From positions 32,001 through 96,000 of the forward strand of contig CAWDDT010000005.1 in assembly GCA_963801165.1 (NCBI GenBank): a stretch of DNA of 64,000 nucleotides, read 5' to 3'. Position numbers and translations under genes: made by a program. Origin of the DNA: an uncultured bacterium (GTDB taxonomy: Bacteria; Actinomycetota; Acidimicrobiia; Spongiisociales; UBA5794). The notes under the pieces are model-generated. The model saw only the letters and a list, made by a program, of their open reading frames with translations. It did no database searches and was not told the DNA's origin. Numbering within the stretch: position 1 is the first letter of the stretch; every line of letters starts with the position of its first letter. Of the stretch, positions 37,396-47,842 are shown in pieces.

Positions 37396-38817
37396 ATGGA
37401 CAAGCCTCGCATTTACACCATCGACGAGGCAGTCAACCTCGGTCTCGACGAGACCCTCGAGCTGAACCGCGAGTACGTCAACGAATCGCTCATTGATCTC
37501 ATCGCCGGGTACGGTCTCCCCCGGCGGTTTGTCAAAGCGGAGGGCATCCGGCTCTGGGACGAAAACGGCAACGAGTACCTCGACTTCCTGTGTAGCTACG
37601 GGGCACTGTCTCTCGGCCACAACAACCCGAGGATCATCGCCGCTGTGGAACGAGCCCGCGCCCTCCCCAACTTCTTTGTGATCTCGCCTGGCGCCGTAAC
37701 CGGTGCTCTTGCCGCCAGTCTCGCCGCCATCAGCCCGGGCGATCTGCAACGTAGCTTCTTCTGCAACAGCGGCTCCGAGGCGATCGAAGGTGCGGTGAAG
37801 CTGGCGAGGGTAGCCACCGGCCGGACGCGGATCATCGCCGCTCGTGAGGGATTCCACGGCAAGAGCATGGGGGCCCTTTCGGTCACCGGGCATGAAGCCA
37901 TGAAGAAACCGTTCCGCCCGTTGCTGCCCGATGTCGAGCACGTCCCGTTTGCCGACGCGGACGCCATCGAGACGGCGCTGCGAACTGCTCCGACTGCCGC
38001 CGTCGTGCTCGAACCGATCCAGGGGCCGGCGGGCATCATCGTTCCCCCGGACGGATACCTCACCGACGTGCGAGGGCTGTGCACGAGGCACGGGGCTCTC
38101 CTCATCCTCGATGAGATCCAGACGGGACTGGGTCGCACCGGCCGGATGTTCGGGTGTGACCACGAGGGAATCGTTCCCGACGTGCTGTGCGTCTCGAAGG
38201 GGCTCAGCGGCGGGATCTATCCGATCGGTGCCTACATCACGACCGACCGGGTATGGCGAAAGGCGTACGGCTCGAAAAAGACCGCAACGCTTCACTCCTC
38301 GACTTTTGGCGGCAACACGCTCGCCTGTGCCGCCGCACTCGAGGCAATCGGAGTGACGGTTGAGGACGACCTACCCGCACGCGCCGCCGATGTCGGCGAC
38401 TACTTCCACCGCGGGCTGCTCTCCCTCGCCGACAAGTTCCCCCTCTTGCGTGAAGTCAGAGGACGCGGGCTGATGATCGGGCTCGACTTCGAGCAGACGA
38501 CGCACCGCCTGACCCGGGACTTGCTCAACCAAACGGCAGCAATGGTTGCCGTGCAGATGCTGCACCGGCACCGCATAGTCAGCATCTACACGTTCACCAA
38601 CGCCAGCGTGATCCGGCTCGCCCCGCCACTCACCGTGGAGACGGCCGACCTCGATACATATCTGGAGGCACTGCAGGACACTCTCACCCGCAACCGTCGA
38701 TTCCCACAATTGGCGGCAACGACAATGCGGGCCGTCCGATCTCACCGGCGCACCCGGGCAAAAGGCCGCTGGAGCAGGAAGGGGACTGTACCCGAGCGGC
38801 AGCCTGGCGTACCGTGA
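37396..38817 (+). CDS. Class III PLP aminotransferase (ornithine/putrescine-type)
   Basis: Motifs FFCNSGSEAIEGA, FHGKS, EPIQG, DEIQTGLGRTG, SKGLSGG, STFGGN. Confidence 0.92.
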   Translation: MDKPRIYTIDEAVNLGLDETLELNREYVNESLIDLIAGYGLPRRFVKAEGIRLWDENGNEYLDFLCSYGALSLGHNNPRIIAAVERARALPNFFVISPGAVTGALAASLAAISPGDLQRSFFCNSGSEAIEGAVKLARVATGRTRIIAAREGFHGKSMGALSVTGHEAMKKPFRPLLPDVEHVPFADADAIETALRTAPTAAVVLEPIQGPAGIIVPPDGYLTDVRGLCTRHGALLILDEIQTGLGRTGRMFGCDHEGIVPDVLCVSKGLSGGIYPIGAYITTDRVWRKAYGSKKTATLHSSTFGGNTLACAAALEAIGVTVEDDLPARAADVGDYFHRGLLSLADKFPLLREVRGRGLMIGLDFEQTTHRLTRDLLNQTAAMVAVQMLHRHRIVSIYTFTNASVIRLAPPLTVETADLDTYLEALQDTLTRNRRFPQLAATTMRAVRSHRRTRAKGRWSRKGTVPERQPGVP

Positions 38818-38839
38818 GCAACGGACGAGGCAGGAGGCA

Positions 38840-41365
38840 GTGGTGAAGCGTTGGTTCATTCCGGTTCTGGTGATGCTCCTGGTCGCGGCGGCGTGCACAT
38901 CCGGGAACGACACCGCGTCGACCACGACGGCGCCGTCGACCACCCAGACGTCGGCAACGACGACCACCGCGCCGGCAACCACAACGCCACCAACCACGAC
39001 GTCTCTTCCGCCCATCGTTGTCCCGACGCTCGAGCCAATGTCCTTCGGGTCACTGACCGCGGTGCCCCTCCTTTCCGGCGGCTCGTATGCGGGGCCGGCA
39101 GTACCAAGCCGTCTCTCCAGCGTCTACGTGCCCGATTGGGTCTCGTCCTACCTCAACAGCTACGACGCCACCGCGATGCTCGAGGACAACGGATTCGTCG
39201 TGGTGCCAAGTGGGGGGACCCGTCTCTTCCAGCACATCTATGAAGGTTCGACGTATGACGGCTGGCCGGTATACCTCACCACCGACGCCGCATACAACGT
39301 GTGGCATCTCGCCTTCGACAAGATCCTGCGCGAGACCGAGCAGCAGCGCCTCCTTCCTGTCCTCGAGGACATGCTCGGTCGGCTGGTCGCGCTGGCCCGC
39401 GCTCAGGAGAGCGAGCTCGGCGGCACCGACCTCGCCGAAGCGGCCAGCCGGGTGACCCAGTACTACGAGGCAGCCGCAACGGTGCTCGGGCTCGACGTCG
39501 GGCCTATCGGACCGCTGGCTCAGCAGGAGGTGGACCTCATCTTGGCCGCCGCCGGGCCCAGCCTGTCGCCGACAACCGGAGGCGACGACAACTCCGGGTT
39601 CATCACCACCCTCGTTGACTACAGCCTGTTCCGGCCGCGAGGTCACTACACGCGCAACGCCGATCTGGAGCGATACTTCCGGGCCATGTCGCAGCTTGGC
39701 AACAACGCCTTCCTGCTCAGCAAAGGTCTCACCCTCGGTGTGCTTGCCAGCCGCGTCCTGCTCGCCGACCCGGACGTCCTCGACGAGTGGCAGCTCATCT
39801 ACGAGCCGACCGCATGGCTGGTGGGCGCTGCCGACGACTACACCCCGCTCGAGCTCGGCGCCGTGGTCGACCAGGTGGTGCCGACCGGCTGGGACGACAT
39901 AACGGCGTTCGCCGATCCGGCGACGATCGACTCCATCCGTCAGGGGCTGCTCGCCATGCGACCCGTGGCAATCAATCCCGAAGCCGCGTCGCTCCGGGTG
40001 ATGGGAAGCCGGTTTGTCATCGACTCGTACATCCTCGACCAGCTCGTCGCTCCCAACGTCGACAGGGACACGGCCTCACCACTCGATGTGGCAGCCGCCT
40101 TCGGATCTGACTGGGCGCTGGGGGTACAAGAAGCGGCGGGTGATACGACCGCGGGCGGATACACCGCGCAAATGGACAAGATGCGAGCGCTCATCGCCGA
40201 CCGAACCACCGAGGACTGGGGTAAGACTGTCTACGACTCATGGCTGTATGCGATCTCGCCGATGTGGGGAGCACATGGGGCGGACTACCCGAAGTACATG
40301 CAGTCCGACGCCTGGTCGGCCAAGGACCACCAGACCGGGTTCGGGTCGTATACCGAGCTGAAGCACGACACCATCCTCTATACCAAACAGGCAGTCGCCG
40401 AGGGCGGTGGCGAGGAACCGCCGGTGCCACCGCGCCACTGGGTCGAGCCTGAGCCGGTGGTCTACGAGCGTCTCGCCGCCATCTCCGATCTGATGAGGAC
40501 CGGTTTGGAGAGCCGTGACCTGCTGCCGGACGAGTACTCGCAACTACTCACCGACCTCGAGGGCTTCTACACGTGGCTGGCAGGCATCGCCAACGACGAG
40601 CTTGCCGGCCTCCCCATCAGCGAGGAGGACAACAACCGGCTCGCAGGCGTCGGCTCCACCCTGGAGAGCTTCTGGGTCCGTACCTCGGATAGCGACATCT
40701 CCGCCGATGACGGCCCCGACGACTACGCCGCCCTCATCGCCGACGTCATGCGCAACGCCGCCGGCGTGCTCGAGCTCGGCACCGGGTACATCGACTACCT
40801 ATTTGTGATCGTCCCCGACGACCGCGGCGGGTTCCAGGTGGCCACCGGCGGGGTCTACTCCTACTACGAGTTCTGGAACGATGGGCAGCGCTTCACCGAT
40901 GAGGAGTGGCGGGCCCAGCTCGAAGCCGGTACCCAACCCGAGCGGCCGAAGTGGGAGCAGGCATTCCTTGCCGACAACCCGCCACAGAACAACGCAACCG
41001 GACTGGAAAGTGGTCTGTTCTGCCGCGACCTGGCAGCCATGGGATACGGTTTCACCGAGGCTGTTGCCTACTGGCTGGCGGAAGGCGCGCCCGACCGGAT
41101 GGACGCCGACCGCAACGGCATCCCCTGTGAGACCGTGTACCCCGACGACTATGAGTCGTTCCTGAACGTGGCCGGGGGTATCGCGAGCGGGCAGCGCTGC
41201 GCTGATCTCGGGTTGAACGACGACAGAACGGGCTACCAGGTGGCTGTCGCCTATTGGATGCTCGAGGGCGCACCGGATCGCATGGATGGCGACGGCAACG
41301 GCATCCCGTGCGAAACGGTGTTCTCGGCGACGACCGTTCAGGACTTCCTCACCGGCGGCGGGTAG
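38840..41365 (+). CDS. DUF3160-family lipoprotein with two C-terminal Excalibur-like Ca-binding repeats
   Basis: Lipobox AAAC; motifs DYSLFRPRGHYT, SYTELKHDTILYTKQ, GGVYSYYEF; repeats MDADRNGIPCE and MDGDGNGIPCE. Confidence 0.82.
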   Translation: MVKRWFIPVLVMLLVAAACTSGNDTASTTTAPSTTQTSATTTTAPATTTPPTTTSLPPIVVPTLEPMSFGSLTAVPLLSGGSYAGPAVPSRLSSVYVPDWVSSYLNSYDATAMLEDNGFVVVPSGGTRLFQHIYEGSTYDGWPVYLTTDAAYNVWHLAFDKILRETEQQRLLPVLEDMLGRLVALARAQESELGGTDLAEAASRVTQYYEAAATVLGLDVGPIGPLAQQEVDLILAAAGPSLSPTTGGDDNSGFITTLVDYSLFRPRGHYTRNADLERYFRAMSQLGNNAFLLSKGLTLGVLASRVLLADPDVLDEWQLIYEPTAWLVGAADDYTPLELGAVVDQVVPTGWDDITAFADPATIDSIRQGLLAMRPVAINPEAASLRVMGSRFVIDSYILDQLVAPNVDRDTASPLDVAAAFGSDWALGVQEAAGDTTAGGYTAQMDKMRALIADRTTEDWGKTVYDSWLYAISPMWGAHGADYPKYMQSDAWSAKDHQTGFGSYTELKHDTILYTKQAVAEGGGEEPPVPPRHWVEPEPVVYERLAAISDLMRTGLESRDLLPDEYSQLLTDLEGFYTWLAGIANDELAGLPISEEDNNRLAGVGSTLESFWVRTSDSDISADDGPDDYAALIADVMRNAAGVLELGTGYIDYLFVIVPDDRGGFQVATGGVYSYYEFWNDGQRFTDEEWRAQLEAGTQPERPKWEQAFLADNPPQNNATGLESGLFCRDLAAMGYGFTEAVAYWLAEGAPDRMDADRNGIPCETVYPDDYESFLNVAGGIASGQRCADLGLNDDRTGYQVAVAYWMLEGAPDRMDGDGNGIPCETVFSATTVQDFLTGGG

Positions 41366-41406
41366 CCGGGCGGTATCCTTTGCGGTCCCGCTCGGGAGAT
41401 GCGTTC

Positions 41407-42843
41407 ATGCCCATTCGACCGAATCTGCTGTTCATCATGAGCGATGACCATGCCGCTCATGCCATCTCCGCATATGGGAGCCGGATCAACAAGACCCCGA
41501 ATCTCGATCGGATCGCCCAAAACGGGATGCGGTTCGACGCCGCGTTCTGCACCAACTCGATCTGTACGCCGAGCCGGGCGGCGATCCTCACCGGGACATA
41601 CAACCACGTCAACGGTGCCACGACGCTCGACACGCCGCTCGACAATCGCCAGTGGACGTTCCCACAGTCCCTCCAAGAAGCGGGGTACTACACGGGCCTC
41701 ATCGGCAAGTGGCATCTCGGACACGGTCCGGAGTTCGACCCGGCCGGCTTCGACTTCTGGCGGATCCTGCCCGGCCAGGGCCACTATGACAACCCGGTCA
41801 TGCTCGAGCCCGGCGGCAAGATCATCGAGCGCGGGGGATACGTCACCGACCTCATCACCGACGACTGCGTCGAGTTCATCGAACAACACCACCAGGAGCC
41901 GTTTGCGCTCTTCTGCCATCACAAGGCCACCCACCGCACCTGGATCCCTGCACCACGCCACTTCACGCTTTACGACGACGTCGAGATCCCCGAGCCCGTG
42001 ACCTTCCATGACGACCTCGAGGGGCGGGCCGAGGTGATCAAGGCGGTCAAGATGCACATGCTGGATCTCGACCCGATCACCGACCTAAAGGCGCTCGTAC
42101 CCGACGGCCTGACCCGGGACGAGGAGATCGAGTGGCGCTACCAGCGCTACATCAAGGACTACCTGCGTGTGGTGGCGGCTCTCGACGAGGGGGTCGGTCG
42201 GATGCTCGACAAACTGGGCGAGCTTGGCATCGCAGGCAACACCATCGTCCTGTACACATCGGACCAGGGCTTCTTCCTCGGCGACCACGGCTGGTTCGAC
42301 AAGCGACTGATGTACGAGGAGTCGCTGGCCATGCCACTGCTCATCCAATACCCCGACCGCGTCGCCGGTGGGACAACGTGTGACGAGATCGTGGTCAACG
42401 TCGACTTCGGCCCGACCTTGCTCGACCTGATGGGAGTCGAAATTCCGGACCACGTCCAGGGCCGATCTTTCGCCACACTCCTCGATGGGGAGCATCCTGA
42501 GGACTGGCCGCAGACGATGTACTACCGGTATTGGATGCACCGGGACAGCGCCCACAACACTCCGGCGCACTACGGGGTGCGTACCAAGACGCACAAGCTG
42601 ATCTGCTACTACAACGACCCCCTCGACCAGCCGGGCGCCAACGGACCGCGAGATCCAATCGAGTGGGAGCTCTTTGATCTCGAGGCCGACCCCTATGAGG
42701 TGAGCAACGTCGTCGATAACCCCGATTACACCACGGTCAGATCGATGCTCGAGGAGGAGCTGACCCGTCTGCAAGCGGTGGTCGGCGACGAGCCATATCC
42801 GGAAGCACTGCGAACGCCGGAAGTCTTCGAGACCGAACCCTGA
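41407..42843 (+). CDS. Cys-type sulfatase
   Basis: Motifs PNLLFIMSDDH, CTPSRA (CxPxR), GKWHLG, YTSDQGFFLGDHGWFDKR. Confidence 0.93.
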   Translation: MPIRPNLLFIMSDDHAAHAISAYGSRINKTPNLDRIAQNGMRFDAAFCTNSICTPSRAAILTGTYNHVNGATTLDTPLDNRQWTFPQSLQEAGYYTGLIGKWHLGHGPEFDPAGFDFWRILPGQGHYDNPVMLEPGGKIIERGGYVTDLITDDCVEFIEQHHQEPFALFCHHKATHRTWIPAPRHFTLYDDVEIPEPVTFHDDLEGRAEVIKAVKMHMLDLDPITDLKALVPDGLTRDEEIEWRYQRYIKDYLRVVAALDEGVGRMLDKLGELGIAGNTIVLYTSDQGFFLGDHGWFDKRLMYEESLAMPLLIQYPDRVAGGTTCDEIVVNVDFGPTLLDLMGVEIPDHVQGRSFATLLDGEHPEDWPQTMYYRYWMHRDSAHNTPAHYGVRTKTHKLICYYNDPLDQPGANGPRDPIEWELFDLEADPYEVSNVVDNPDYTTVRSMLEEELTRLQAVVGDEPYPEALRTPEVFETEP

Positions 42844-42875
42844 GGCTCTACGTCACCGGCGGTACGAGTGCTACG

Positions 42876-44006
42876 TCACATGATGCGCCGGGCCCCTGCG
42901 GATGGCGCCACCGTGAATATCATGGGCGTTGCGAACCCTCGCTGCTCGAAGGCAGCCACCACCGTGCGCTGCGTTCCGACGGCAGCGCTCGACTCGATGA
43001 GAGCGATCGCAGCGCCGCCGAAACCACCGCCGGTGAGCCGGGCGCCGAGCGCCCCGCAATCGAGCAGCGTATCGACCGCAACGTCGACTTCAATACAGCT
43101 CGCCTCGAAGTCATCCCGATACGAGATGTGCGCTTCGGTCAACAACTCACCGACCCGACCCCAGTTGCCCAAAGCCAGAGCCGCGGCCACGTCGCTCACT
43201 CGTTGGTTCTCAGTCACGATGTGACGGGTCCGCATGGCGAGCTGCTCGTCACCGAGCCGTTCCGCCGCGGCCGGCAATTCGGCGACGGTGACCGCACGTA
43301 GCGACGGGACCCCGAGCCGTCTTGCCGATTCCTCACAGTCCGCACGACGCGCCCGGTACTCCCCCGCGGCGTGGCCGTGGCGAACCATTGAGTCGACGAC
43401 CAGCACCTCGAGGTCTGCCGCCCCCGGGTCGAACGGGACTTGTTCTGTCATGTCGGCTTGCACGTCGAAGAGGATGGCATGTCCCTCGGTGGCGAGTAGC
43501 GAGGCGACCTGGTCCATCCCGCCCGTCGGCGCACCGACATAGTCATTCTCCGTGCGTTGCGTGCGCCGGGCCAGATCTCGTCTCGAGAAACCGAGGTCGA
43601 ACAGCTCGTTCAACCCGAGCCCGACAGAGCACATGAGAGCCGCCGACGAGGAGAGCCCGGATCCCAGCGGCACGCTGCTGTCGATGGCCACGTCGAACCC
43701 CTGCGCACACTCGAGGGACCAGGGGACGCCCGCCACGTACGCCGCCCACCCCGATGGGATACCCGGACGGAGACCGGAGACATCGAGCTCCACAACCTCA
43801 CCGGCGCTCTGTGCCGAGCACGCGCGAATACGCCCGTCGGTACGCGGTGTGATCGCCGCCTCGGTGCGCTCTGCGATGGCGAACGGCAGAACCAAACCTT
43901 CGTTGTAGTCCGTGTGCTCACCGATCAGGTTCACCCGGCCGGGCGCCGCCCACACACCACCGGCGGGGTAGCCGTATACCCGCCCGAAGATGGTGGCAGC
44001 ACTCAT
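42876..44006 (-). CDS. galK: Galactokinase
   Basis: Motifs APGRVNLIGEHTDYNEG, PLGSGLSSSAA, MDQ, GARLTGGGFGG. Confidence 0.95.
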   Translation of the reverse strand: MSAATIFGRVYGYPAGGVWAAPGRVNLIGEHTDYNEGLVLPFAIAERTEAAITPRTDGRIRACSAQSAGEVVELDVSGLRPGIPSGWAAYVAGVPWSLECAQGFDVAIDSSVPLGSGLSSSAALMCSVGLGLNELFDLGFSRRDLARRTQRTENDYVGAPTGGMDQVASLLATEGHAILFDVQADMTEQVPFDPGAADLEVLVVDSMVRHGHAAGEYRARRADCEESARRLGVPSLRAVTVAELPAAAERLGDEQLAMRTRHIVTENQRVSDVAAALALGNWGRVGELLTEAHISYRDDFEASCIEVDVAVDTLLDCGALGARLTGGGFGGAAIALIESSAAVGTQRTVVAAFEQRGFATPMIFTVAPSAGARRIM

Positions 44007-45094
44007 CGAATTGTCGCCGACCGCAGTGTGGCCGCGATATGTTCGGGAGTCACATCGCTGATCCAAACCCCCATCCCGGACTCGGTGCCGGCCAAATATT
44101 TCAGCTTGTCGGCGGACCGCTGCACCGAAAAGATCTCCAGATGCAGATGAGCCAGATCGCGATCAAGGGAAACCGGAGCTTGATGCCAGGCCGCGATATA
44201 CGGAAGACGCCGCTCGTAGAGAGAGTCGAGCTTCTTCAGAATCAAGAGATACAGCTCTGCGAAGTCGTTCCTTTCCTCCGGGGTTAGCTCGGTGAGGTCC
44301 GGCGTCTGACGGTGCGGGTAGAGGTGGACCTCCACCGGCCATCTAGCCGCGGCCGGCACAAACGCCGTCCAGTTCGCGTTCGTGGCGACGATCCGGTCCC
44401 CGAGACGGCGCTCGGCATCCACCAGGTCCGCAAAGAGGCTTCGACCGGTCTCGTCCCGGTACCGGCGGGCGTTATTGAGCATGCGCTCGGTCTTTGGCGT
44501 TACAAACGGCAGAGCGTATATCTGCCCGTGCGGGTGGTTCAGAGTCACCCCGATCTCGATGCCGCAATTCTCGAACGGGAAAACCTGAGCAATGCCCGGC
44601 ATCGCCGACAGATCAGCGGTTCGGTCTGCCCAGACGTCGATAACCTCACGGACTCGCGCAACGGGCAATTCGGAGAAAGACTGGTCGTGGTCGCTGGTGA
44701 ACACCACAACCTCGCAACGCCCGCGCGCCGGACGACGGCCGATCAACCGTTCGTCGAGCCGCACGGATTGGTCGATGCCCAAAATCCCCATGGCAAGACT
44801 GGGAAAACGGTTCTCGAACACGACAATGTCGTAATCCGCCTCGGGGATCTCGGTGTGGTTGTCCGAGGAACTGGGACACAGCGGACACCGGCTCGTCGGG
44901 GGCAGAAACGTCCGCGACTGCCGGTGAGAGGCGATCACGACCCACTCGCCGAGCAACGGGTCGTAGCGCATCTCCGAGGTGACCTGCAGCTCGGGGAGTT
45001 GGCGCTGATCGACGGCAGTACGAATGGCCGTCTCGTCGCTGTCGTAGTAGATGAGCTCGCGGCCGTCGGAGATCCTGATCGAGGTCTTCTTCAT
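44003..45094 (-). CDS. galT: Galactose-1-phosphate uridylyltransferase
   Basis: Motifs CPLCP, FENRFPS, GVTLNHPHGQIY, KYLAGTES. Confidence 0.95.
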   Translation of the reverse strand: MKKTSIRISDGRELIYYDSDETAIRTAVDQRQLPELQVTSEMRYDPLLGEWVVIASHRQSRTFLPPTSRCPLCPSSSDNHTEIPEADYDIVVFENRFPSLAMGILGIDQSVRLDERLIGRRPARGRCEVVVFTSDHDQSFSELPVARVREVIDVWADRTADLSAMPGIAQVFPFENCGIEIGVTLNHPHGQIYALPFVTPKTERMLNNARRYRDETGRSLFADLVDAERRLGDRIVATNANWTAFVPAAARWPVEVHLYPHRQTPDLTELTPEERNDFAELYLLILKKLDSLYERRLPYIAAWHQAPVSLDRDLAHLHLEIFSVQRSADKLKYLAGTESGMGVWISDVTPEHIAATLRSATIR

Positions 45095-45098
45095 ACGT

Positions 45099-45302
45099 CT
45101 ACCCGAAGCCCTCTTCAGCTACGTCGGCGGCCACCAACTCACCAACATGCTCGGCGAGGATCGACCCGGCGTTCGGTGGCAAACCGCTGTCGGTAACCAG
45201 AACGTCGATCTGGTCGAGTCGAGCGATAGAACTGATGCCGACGGCGGTGCCCGGCTGCACCGGTGCGGCGGCGAACCCCGGCTCGTATGACTTCGTCAAC
45301 AT
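45099..45302 (-). pseudogene. Internally deleted DeoR-family regulator remnant
   Basis: 67 aa retaining EPGF and the C-terminal VGISSIARLDQIDVLVTDSGLP; no HTH; lies upstream of galT. Confidence 0.65.
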
Positions 45303-45480
45303 CTAGCTGCTTTCCTCCTTCACGACGACGGCTCCACCGGGCGCAACGACACCAGGCCCGCTCCGGCCCGAGAGTAGATCCTTTTGTTGAGGCGGGAAAC
45401 AACCTCTGAGTCGGCGTGATTGATCACGACCAGGTATGAATCCCGACCTCCGTGTGTCGAACCATGTCGACATCGGGTAG
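45303..45480 (-). pseudogene. Frameshifted C-terminal remnant of a GH42 beta-galactosidase
   Basis: Three frames join as PDVDMVRH / GGRDSYLVVINHADSE / KDLLSG...VAPGGAVVVKEES*, resembling the GH42 C-terminal domain. Confidence 0.55.
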
Positions 45481-45611
45481 TGGACGCCGTTTGGTGGGTC
45501 GCTCGTGAACAGCGACCGGATCGCGGCACTCGATGAATGGGGTATCGAGACGACCCGCCGGTTACTGTCCGAGTTACCAACCGAGCTCTTCATCCCCTCT
45601 CGAGGACAAAC

Positions 45612-46625
45612 ATGAGGATCCTGCTAACCGGTGGCACCGGATACATCGGCAGTCATACCACCGTCGCCTTGCTCGACGCCGGGCACGACGTGACCCTGCT
45701 CGACAACTTCTCCAACTCGAAACCCGCGGTGCTCGACAGGCTCAGCACGATCACGGGCAAGAACATGGACTTCTTCGAAGCCGACGTCACAGACGGCGAG
45801 GCGATGGCCGAGATCATGAAGGAGCGAACCTTCCACGCTGCCATTCACTTCGCCGCCCCCAAGGCGGTCGGAGAGTCAATGGAGCGGCCCCTGCACTACT
45901 ACGCCAACGGTGTCGGTGGCACCGTGACGCTGCTCCAGGCGATGGCCGACCACGGAGTCCGCAACATCGTGTACAGCTCGTCGGCAACGGTCTACGGGCT
46001 CAGTGATGACCTCCCCTACACAGAGGACGCGCCGACCACCGCCATAAACCCCTACGGCCGAACCAAGCTCATGTGTGAGGACATCCTCCGCGACCTTTAC
46101 GCATCCGACAATCGCTGGAACACCATGTCGTTGCGATACTTCAACCCGGTCGGCGCTCACCCCTCCGGGCTCATCGGCGAGGATCCGCAGGGCGTCCCGG
46201 CCAACCTCCTGCCGTTCCTCGCCCAGGTCGCCGTAGGCCGCCGCCCGGCGCTGCGGATTTTTGGCGACGACTACCCGACCCCCGACGGCACCGGGGTGCG
46301 CGACTACATACACGTGATGGACCTGGCGGAAGGGCACGTGGCGGCGGTGGAACACCTCGCCGCCAACCCCGGTCTCGACGTGATCAACCTGGGCACCGGC
46401 ATCGGTGTCTCGGTGCTGGAGATGGTGGCGGCCTTCGAACGGGCGACCGGCAAGCCGATCCCAACCGAGGTTCTACCCAGGCGAGCGGGCGACGGCCCGG
46501 CGAGCTACGCAGACGTGTCCAAGGCTGCCCGGGTGCTCGGCTGGCGGGCGACCCGAACGCTCGACGAGATGACTGCCGACGTCTGGCGCTGGCAAAGCCG
46601 GAACCCCAACGGGTACGACACATAG
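45612..46625 (+). CDS. galE: UDP-glucose 4-epimerase
   Basis: Motifs TGGTGYIGSH, SSSATVYG, PYGRTK, LRYFNPVGAH, DGTGVRDYIHV. Confidence 0.96.
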   Translation: MRILLTGGTGYIGSHTTVALLDAGHDVTLLDNFSNSKPAVLDRLSTITGKNMDFFEADVTDGEAMAEIMKERTFHAAIHFAAPKAVGESMERPLHYYANGVGGTVTLLQAMADHGVRNIVYSSSATVYGLSDDLPYTEDAPTTAINPYGRTKLMCEDILRDLYASDNRWNTMSLRYFNPVGAHPSGLIGEDPQGVPANLLPFLAQVAVGRRPALRIFGDDYPTPDGTGVRDYIHVMDLAEGHVAAVEHLAANPGLDVINLGTGIGVSVLEMVAAFERATGKPIPTEVLPRRAGDGPASYADVSKAARVLGWRATRTLDEMTADVWRWQSRNPNGYDT

Positions 46626-46645
46626 ACCGGCGCCGGCGGTGCTGG

Positions 46646-47842
46646 TCATTTGCCGGCCACGAGATCCCGCTCCTCCATTTGGCTGGCCCGGGCAACCGGC
46701 ACCGCACATCCAACGACGATGACGGCCGTTACCGCCAGCAGGACCCGATAGTCGGTAAAAGCGAGCAGCGCGGCACCGATGGCGGTGCCTACGCTCTGCG
46801 GGCCGTTGAGAGCCATGTTGGTCGCGGCGGCGACCCGACCCTGCAAGCGGGCGGGAGTGAGACGCTGCCGCAACGTCGTGTAGGCAACGACGAACAAGGG
46901 AATCGCCAATCCGATTGCCGCCTCGCCGGCCGCCACCACCACAACGTGTCGCGATACAAGCGCACCTACCATCGCACCGAGCACAACCAAAGCAAGCGCA
47001 ATCGACCACCGCTCGCCTCTTCGTTTGACGATCGCCGCCGCGACTAATCCGCCGACAACAGAACCCGCACCTTCAATCGCCGCCAGGATTCCGAAGAATT
47101 CCGGCGGCTTGCCCAGCCCCGAGTCAACAATGGCGAAGACCGCGGCGTTGACCAGTCCTATGGCGGCGAAGGCAGGAACAATCGACCATGTGATCCGGGC
47201 TAGCAGCGGTTCTGTGAGGATGTGTCTGAATCCCGCCGCCAGCTCTCGCCAGAATCGCTCCTCAGGGGCATCAAGCGATGTCTCTTCGACGGCAACGGTG
47301 GTCATCACCAGCGCGGCGGCGACAAGCAGCACCGATGTCATGATGGCGACCGCCAGACCGCCGAACATTGTGTAGAGCCCGGCCCCAACCAACGGGCTCA
47401 GCAGACGAAGCGCCTGATCGATGGTGACGAGCAGACCGTTGCCATCGGCCAGTTGGTCGTCGCCGAGCATGTCCCGCACCAGACCCGACCCGGCGGCGCT
47501 TGTCGCATAGGTGAGGAACCCGTAGCCAAAGGTCACGGCGTATATCAGCCAGACGTCGGACGGCTGAGTCACCCAACCGAGGCTGAGGACACCGACCGCG
47601 GCTGTCAGATTCGCCGCGATCACCAGACGCCGGCGTGGGACCCGATCGGCAAGCTGACCGGCCAGCGGAGCCATGAAGACCGGCAAACCGAGAAACAGGA
47701 ACACGAGACCGGCCATGGCGTCACTCCCGGTGAGATCCTTCACCCAGATTGCCAAGGACAAGTACAGCAAGCTGTCGCCAAAGTTCGAGAACGACCACGC
47801 GATCGCCAACCTGCGAAACGACGGTACCGAGATCGCCCTCAC
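46646..47842 (-). CDS. MFS transporter (DHA3/macrolide efflux-like)
   Basis: Motifs SNFGD, AGQLADRVPRR, RLQGRV; about 12 TM helices. Confidence 0.85.
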   Translation of the reverse strand: MRAISVPSFRRLAIAWSFSNFGDSLLYLSLAIWVKDLTGSDAMAGLVFLFLGLPVFMAPLAGQLADRVPRRRLVIAANLTAAVGVLSLGWVTQPSDVWLIYAVTFGYGFLTYATSAAGSGLVRDMLGDDQLADGNGLLVTIDQALRLLSPLVGAGLYTMFGGLAVAIMTSVLLVAAALVMTTVAVEETSLDAPEERFWRELAAGFRHILTEPLLARITWSIVPAFAAIGLVNAAVFAIVDSGLGKPPEFFGILAAIEGAGSVVGGLVAAAIVKRRGERWSIALALVVLGAMVGALVSRHVVVVAAGEAAIGLAIPLFVVAYTTLRQRLTPARLQGRVAAATNMALNGPQSVGTAIGAALLAFTDYRVLLAVTAVIVVGCAVPVARASQMEERDLVAGK

